Positions 57,892 through 64,000 of a stretch of 64,000 nucleotides of DNA are shown here, in pieces. Made by a program: the position numbers and the translations under genes. The DNA comes from a virus (lineage: Duplodnaviria > Caudoviricetes), in the IMG/VR virus record IMGVR_UViG_3300021256_000057, positions 119,568 through 183,567 of that record. One strand, given 5' to 3'. Each line of letters opens with the position of its first letter. Within the stretch, counting starts at the first letter, position 1. A model generated the notes under the pieces. The model did not search any database, was not told where the DNA came from, and saw only the letters and a list, made by a program, of their open reading frames with translations.

Positions 57892-60800
57892 GCATACTTC
57901 TCCTTATCTGGGATTATTCCCGTGTACACATACTCATGGATATACTTCAAGAACTGTTCATCTGTTTCGAGATGATGTTTTGTCTTGTAGTCATCAATGG
58001 CATCTGCAAGTTCATCAGACCATCTTCCGTTTACGCCCTTCGCAGCTACGCCCTCCGGCTTGGATCCATCAGGGTTCTTATATACAGGAAGTTCATATCC
58101 GCTCTCGTAGATATGCCACTGCAACCACTTGACGCTTTCCTCGGATGGATCATTGAAATCCGTAGGAGCTTCATACTCGCAAGGGAATGGAAGTCCGTAC
58201 CAGTGCAATGTTATCTCAACATCGCACTTGATTGGGAACGGCAAAAACCCAGCCGCTTCACACATCCTCTGTGCGAGAAGCTCGGCGCATCTGTCTTTGT
58301 GTTCTATCGGACACTCCAGCAAGATCTCATCGTGGATAACGTTTACGATCCTACCACCTAGAGCTGCGATCTCCTCATCATTCTCAACATTAAGCAATGC
58401 CATCTTTGTAGTATCCGCGGCACTACCCTGAATGATGCTGTTTACGACCTGCCTTGATGCTTCTTGGATCTTATACTTGTTGTTTATGACCTTTATTCCC
58501 TGCTCATCGAGTTCTCGGATACGTTTTGCAACTTGTCCAAAATGCCTATAGGATGTTAGCTCCTTATACAAGGCATCCTTGATTCGCTGAGGAATGTCAT
58601 TATTATCCGCAGATAGTGTGTCGATATCTAGCGGATCAATATCTGGGTTTACATATCCAGACCTTGCAGAAAACTCATATAGAGGCAATTGCATATCTGG
58701 TATATGTCGTCTACGGCCTAGAATTGTCTCAGTATATCCGTACTTCCGTACAAATGCCTGAGAGTTCTCCATCAATCGCTTTAGTGCAGGGAACGCTTCA
58801 AGTACAGAATCATATACAAATTGAGCCTGCTTTATCTTCTTTTCTTGTGACCATGGTTCATGACTATAAAGCTGGTCTGCTATCGTTACTGTAGAACGAC
58901 CGTAGAGGATTCCGAGGACCACGGATTTCGCCTCTGTACGTCTTGCCTTACCCTCTGGATTATATACACCATCTGGTGTAAACTCTAGACACTCATCATA
59001 GGTCTTGTTAAATGCAATGGCCGCGATGAAACTATAGATGTCCTTGTTCTCTTGGAACGATTTGATCATGTTTTCATCTTGGCTGATGTAAGCTGTAAGT
59101 TTTGGTTCTTGTTGCTATTTCAGTTTAGTGTTCGCTACACACTTCCCGCATTACTGCGGGTGTCGGAGCATATCTTATCCATACAGTGCTGTTACCACAC
59201 AATATGGATCCCCACGTTTCCATTTAATAGACTTACAATAGACTAATATCATCTAAATGCTAACTCGCTTGAGCTGTACTATACTCACTTGAATATCTCA
59301 ATCTGCCTGCATTGAAGCATTTATGTATTTCTACAAGTGCAGATGTTTAGCTTTCTATGCCCTCTACACACGATATACCCATTTTATGCCTTTTACAAAT
59401 CTATCATCAACAAATGAGTGCTTGATAGTGTTACAAAGATTCTTTGCTTTCGATGATTGCATCCCATTCTGATGCCACCACTCAGCAGCAGCTATTACAC
59501 TATCGAACTCGGCAATCACTTCATTTTGTTCGTTCACACAATAAACGGATTTCATATGAGAACGCCTAAGAAGCTCCTTGTGTTCGTCAGACATATTGAA
59601 TCTCTGACTAAACTCACGAGCCACTTCTTTGCCACGTTCTGTTTGGTAAAACGCTTTTTTATTCTCAGACAAATGTTTTCTATGTTCATCAGTCGCGCCA
59701 CCACGAGCTACATATGACTCTTTCATTGATTCAGATATTTTACGACGGACTTTCTCATCCCTCATACGCTTATGATGTTTATCCGCAACAATTTCTGAAT
59801 ACATCACATTTATGCTACCGCCATATGCCATATTATAGCCGCTTCGTACAGAATCATACTTTTTTATGTAGTATTCCTCAAGAGCATTTAACTCACACTG
59901 AGTTTCAGCAGTGGCTATAACCTCAAATTTGAAATTATCCCATCCATATTTTCTCATTGCGCTATACAAATGAGTCTGCTTACCACTCACCATTGAGTTC
60001 TTGTGCGTCTTAATTCTATCTGCGAGTGTCTTGGTGGTCTGACCAATGTACACTTTTCCGTTAATTATGTTTGTAATCTTGTAAATCAGCATACAATCAC
60101 CTCGTATTAGTGTTATATCATAATATAAGGTTATACTATGACTTCACCCAACAAGATGATTATGAATATTCTTGCTCGGTATTGTCCAGCAATCTGGAGT
60201 TCACCGACTTAATGGGGTTTTACTACAGCCAACTTCCATAAACTGTAGTCGCTTGACATCAGAACATTACCTGGCATAGCCCTAAACATGTGCCTGATAT
60301 CTGCTTGCTTGGATGGTACATTCTGTAGGTTAGGATCTGCGCTACTCATCCGGCCCGTATCTGCGCCGATGACCTTGAACGTACAATGTAGCTTCTCATC
60401 TGAAGCAACAGTATCTGGCATCTTGTCTACGAACGTACCAATGAGCGTGACAAGGCTTCTGACATACAGAATCTGGTTTGTGACAGGAAGTCCAAATGTA
60501 CTTAGTATCTCCTTGCCAGTTGCATCCTTCTTACCACCATCTAAACCAAGAAGGTCATAGCATAGCCATTTTACATGTGGAGTAGAATTTGGGTTGAAGT
60601 CGTATGCACTTGAAAAAGGTCTTTTTGTTCTAGCGTGATATCTGGTATCATCTAGGCACTCTTGTACAAGATCGACCAGCTTTTGTTTTGCCTCATCCAA
60701 AAGTCTATGATACTTTCTGCGGAGCATGGTAGCAACTTCTTTTTCGATGTACATACCACGCCGATGCATCCTTTGTGCAACTGTGACCATTGGAAACTCT

Positions 60801-61600
60801 ACGTTCCAGACAAGGTCAGATATAGCTTCAAAATGCTTTTTCTTGCACTTAGGATCGTTCTTTGTAACATATGGACGTTGCCAGATAAACAGTTCATATG
60901 TGATCTTAGCGTCGTTTGCAGCGTATAGCTTTGCGACCTCTGGTTTACAGTATGGGAATAGGGTCGGTGAGAAGAAATCGCTGAACTTCTTTGGATCGCC
61001 TTTCCCCCGCAAAACATACTTGTTGTACAGCACCTTTAGAGCATTGTCCCTTTCATCCTCTTTGAGACATCTCCATGCAAGGATAACATCATAGAAGAAA
61101 CACGGCAGGAGATCGACATGGAAGTCTTTGAATATCATACCAAGGTCAAAATCAGCATTGGCAAATACAAGTTTTGTCTTTGCTTCAACTAACCTCTGCA
61201 GCTCTACCTGTGCTTGTTCATATGATACTTGATGGCTGTAGGGCTCTTCAAAAATCGGGATGATGTGGTTACAGGGGATGTACACTTCGACATCCCCTGG
61301 GTAATATAGAGAGAAGCCAACGATCGTATCACGCACACGGTCAAGACCTGTTGTCTCAGTATCGATAGCGCCTATCCCGGTAGCTATCATGTTCGTGATG
61401 TAATCGTGTAACTCCTCTTGTGTTGTTATTAGTCGAGCTTGTGAATCCTTGAAGTATTCAGTGACTTCATCAGATATTCTTTGCAACTCGGCTGTGATAC
61501 CTTTACCACGGACTTTTGGCTTTTTTACAGTTGTAGGTGCTTTACTTTTCTTGGCAATAGATAATATGTCATCCATTTGCCGCTGAGAAAAAAGACCCAA
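57888..61600 (-). CDS. polA: family A DNA polymerase; exons 61600..60242 and 59114..57888 (~861 aa)
   Basis: DTETTGL exo, TGRMSSADPNLQN, spliced motif A DYS|QQEP, RTEAK..YG, IQGSAAD, IHDE. Confidence 0.92.
59115..60241 (-). mobile_element. group I intron (1127 nt)
   Basis: P1 ACUACAGU/GCUGUAGU with U-G at 5-prime site, terminal G, P7 GGGCAUA/UAUGCUC, P9 CCCGCA-GUAA-UGCGGG. Confidence 0.92.
59364..60092 (-). CDS. intron-encoded GIY-YIG homing endonuclease
   Basis: LIYKITN..VYIGQT..GYN. Confidence 0.92.
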   Translation of the reverse strand: MLIYKITNIINGKVYIGQTTKTLADRIKTHKNSMVSGKQTHLYSAMRKYGWDNFKFEVIATAETQCELNALEEYYIKKYDSVRSGYNMAYGGSINVMYSEIVADKHHKRMRDEKVRRKISESMKESYVARGGATDEHRKHLSENKKAFYQTERGKEVAREFSQRFNMSDEHKELLRRSHMKSVYCVNEQNEVIAEFDSVIAAAEWWHQNGMQSSKAKNLCNTIKHSFVDDRFVKGIKWVYRV

Positions 61601-61612
61601 GTCCTACCCTCC

Positions 61613-62287
61613 TTAGAAATCAGGATCTCCATCGATATCTTCCGAGCTGCTAGGCATATCAGGGAGGTCATCAAGACCCATGTTATTTGCAGAAGCACCG
61701 CCTCTAGGAGTGATCTGATAGTCAGGGAGATCAGAGGAAGGCTCTGCGTGATTGCTAGAAGACAGCCAGTTGCTGAGAGTGTATGCATCTACGCTCTTGC
61801 AGATATTCTCAAAGAAATCGGGGAACTTGTAGTTGAACTTTCCAAGAATCTCATCGTAGGCAACGTGGTTCTTAGCAGTCGCACTGATGGAATATCTGGT
61901 ATTGATATCACCAGCGGCGCCATTACGTCTGATTGTAAATACGAACGAAACTGGCTCAGGATACGGTGCGAACAGATCATGATCAAGCTGCGGGATGAAC
62001 TTATGTGTGCGGTCCCAGAACACGATCGTATCCTTTTCTGGAAGATACATTGGAATAAATACCTTGGTCTGCTTGCGGATGCCCTTTGCACATGCAGGGC
62101 AGTTTCTGTCGAGACAGTGGACATAGCCGTTGTACGCAGAAGACTTGATGTAGTGAGCATCTGTCACCATGACATCGTGTCTGTCTCTGTACAGGAAGAT
62201 CGCAAGCTCGCTGTCTCCATCGTTCTGGAGCACAAACTTACCGCTATACTTTGCCTCATTGTAATCATCGATACTCTTAAATCCCAT
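61613..62287 (-). CDS. single-stranded DNA-binding protein
   Basis: Zn-type CPAC core, acidic tail DIDGDPDF. Confidence 0.65.
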   Translation of the reverse strand: MGFKSIDDYNEAKYSGKFVLQNDGDSELAIFLYRDRHDVMVTDAHYIKSSAYNGYVHCLDRNCPACAKGIRKQTKVFIPMYLPEKDTIVFWDRTHKFIPQLDHDLFAPYPEPVSFVFTIRRNGAAGDINTRYSISATAKNHVAYDEILGKFNYKFPDFFENICKSVDAYTLSNWLSSSNHAEPSSDLPDYQITPRGGASANNMGLDDLPDMPSSSEDIDGDPDF

Positions 62288-62375
62288 TTGTTTTTCCTCC
62301 TAAAATAGTTTTGATATGGATGTATACTATTGCAGATCATTTATGCCTGCATTATGTATAACGAGTTAGATGTTT

Positions 62376-63368
62376 TCAGTTTTTGTTTCGATACAGTTCA
62401 TCGAACTCTTCTTTTGTAAGGTCGTTCACATCTTTACCATCTGGCATGGTTATCCTCCATACGATAGTGGATGTCTTCAATGCCTTATATAGCTTGTTTG
62501 TTCCGTTTCTTCCAGCATCATCACCATCTAAGCACAATACGATCTCACTAACTCCAAGCTGTCTTAGCTGTCGTATCTGTAGTGAATCTCCTGTTCCTAA
62601 AAGTGCGACTGCATTGTAACCCCAGCTAACTGCTGTCAGCGCATTTATCGCAGATTCACAAACTAGCACAGATGCACAGCATTTAGGTAGCTCATAGATG
62701 CCATACAATGGTTTTGATACACCCTTTGGATAAGCATATATCTTACCCTTGATGCTTCGTCTACAAAGAAACAAGCAGCGACCATGTGCATCTCGTACAG
62801 GGAATGTAATACACGGCACTTTGTTCTTGCGCCCCGGTGGTATCCAGTTCTGATCGAATCCAACATCATATCTCTCAATGATCTCATCTGTAAGTTTGCG
62901 CTCATACATGTATGGCACAGTAAACCGATATGATGCCAGTTCCTCTTCTGATACATACTGTGGAGCTTCTCTCTTCATAGACATGTACTTAACAAGATAC
63001 TTATCATTGACAGCACCAAATGTCTCTGGTGGTATAAGGCTATCTGGATCAAATGCCTCACTATAAAACCCAGGCACATTCTCTTGTATCCAATCAAGAC
63101 CAGATCGCGATATACTATGATTTTGTAGGATATCCGATATAGCATCAGGTAGTGATTTCACATAATGGCAGGTGAAGCAGTGAAATGTACCAGCTCTATA
63201 GGTCTTTCCCGCTCGTACCTCATCATGCAACAGAACACCACAAGACGGATTATGCTCTTTACCATCTGAATGGAATGGACAGTATATCTGCATGTACGAA
63301 CCTATCTTACGGCTTTTTCTGAGCAGACCAGAGCTTTCGAGTTTGTCAAGAACTACTTCTACATCCAT
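62376..63368 (-). CDS. DNA primase
   Basis: CPFH..CFTC zinc finger; TOPRIM CES, LDGDDAG, KDVND. Confidence 0.9.
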   Translation of the reverse strand: MDVEVVLDKLESSGLLRKSRKIGSYMQIYCPFHSDGKEHNPSCGVLLHDEVRAGKTYRAGTFHCFTCHYVKSLPDAISDILQNHSISRSGLDWIQENVPGFYSEAFDPDSLIPPETFGAVNDKYLVKYMSMKREAPQYVSEEELASYRFTVPYMYERKLTDEIIERYDVGFDQNWIPPGRKNKVPCITFPVRDAHGRCLFLCRRSIKGKIYAYPKGVSKPLYGIYELPKCCASVLVCESAINALTAVSWGYNAVALLGTGDSLQIRQLRQLGVSEIVLCLDGDDAGRNGTNKLYKALKTSTIVWRITMPDGKDVNDLTKEEFDELYRNKN

Positions 63369-63371
63369 TGT

Positions 63372-63914
63372 TTAATACCAAACGTCATAATCGACTTCGG
63401 ATCGATCGGCGTATACATACATCTTGCCGTGTACATCAGTTGATCGTTCAATAGCAGTAACAAGCGTTTTAGCTGCAACATGAATGTCATGACACGCCTC
63501 AAAGATGCTAGGATATACATGTCCTGTATCTACGCACTTTACGGGTGTTCCGCATTTCCTACTTACTGCTTTACCGAGGACACGCCTTGTCGATGCATAT
63601 TCGAGATTTGAGACGTGATCATTGGAAGCATCACCATCTTTATGAATCACAAAACGATATCCATTTGGATTATCGATAAATGCCTTTGCAACGATAGCAC
63701 TTACGGACAAATTAGAGATTTTTCTATCTTTGATATGTCTCAATCCAATGATACGTTTACCAGATGCCATCACTCTTGGTGTAAGGATCTTATCCTGCCT
63801 AACTCTTCTACCCTCTCTAGCAAGCAGCTTGATACGGCCATAGCTTGATACTTGATACTCACCCTCAAACCCGCTGATGTCTTTCCATACTTCATTCTCC
63901 AACTCAATCACCAT
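63372..63914 (-). CDS. NUMOD4-HNH homing endonuclease
   Basis: EVWKDISGFEGEYQVSSYGR; HKDGDASNDHVSNLEY. Confidence 0.85.
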   Translation of the reverse strand: MVIELENEVWKDISGFEGEYQVSSYGRIKLLAREGRRVRQDKILTPRVMASGKRIIGLRHIKDRKISNLSVSAIVAKAFIDNPNGYRFVIHKDGDASNDHVSNLEYASTRRVLGKAVSRKCGTPVKCVDTGHVYPSIFEACHDIHVAAKTLVTAIERSTDVHGKMYVYADRSEVDYDVWY

Positions 63915-63999
63915 CCTTCCCTGCGTTTGCCAAGCACATTGCAAATGCTCCTACACCACCACCGATGATCGAACCTACAAACAAACCGATCCAGAACAT
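63904..63999 (-). CDS. small membrane peptide (DUF3789-like)
   Basis: MFWIGLFVGSIIGGGVGAFAMCLANAGKDGD; may start beyond the edge. Confidence 0.5.
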   Translation of the reverse strand: MFWIGLFVGSIIGGGVGAFAMCLANAGKDGD

Positions 64000-64000
64000 A

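Noticed and set aside
758-63848. Many plus-strand ORFs in the track (e.g. 16140..17024, 52956..53720, 61577..62308)
   Set aside because: Antisense shadows of well-supported minus-strand genes with no recognisable motifs.
1-64000. tRNA/rRNA genes and apparent GATC excess
   Set aside because: No cloverleaf or rRNA recognised; GATC looks frequent but could not be counted reliably by eye.

Overview
A 64-kb segment of a large contractile-tailed (T4-like morphogenesis) phage, probably of a gut or rumen Firmicute (Ruminococcus/Oscillospiraceae-like cargo). Almost all genes are on the minus strand. From right to left: (1) a replication/recombination block with primase, SSB, a family-A DNA polymerase split by a group I intron carrying a GIY-YIG nuclease, a beta-clamp-like protein, Cas4-like nuclease, intein-containing DnaX, RecA, resolvase and delta/delta-prime-like subunits; (2) packaging/neck genes (intein-containing TerL, an apparently catalytically dead NAD-ligase, portal, neck, sheath); (3) a ~15-kb early/accessory island with a degenerate Type I R-M M/S pair, a lambda-like operator switch between two XRE regulators and a sigma-like gene, and an intact IS607/TnpB element; (4) tail tube, chaperone, tape measure, baseplate and lysin genes interrupted by cargo. 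No capsid gene, tRNA or CRISPR array was seen. The strongest unexplained signals are a GGAGCTG(TCCGAT) motif in ~41 copies on both strands in the first 21.3 kb but only ~3 in the other 43 kb, two ~70-bp palindromes with a shared CCCTAGGG core at gene-capture junctions, and several apparent pseudo-enzymes (GH25-ATPase fusion, LigA, HsdM). All product calls come from motif recognition by eye; no database search was run.
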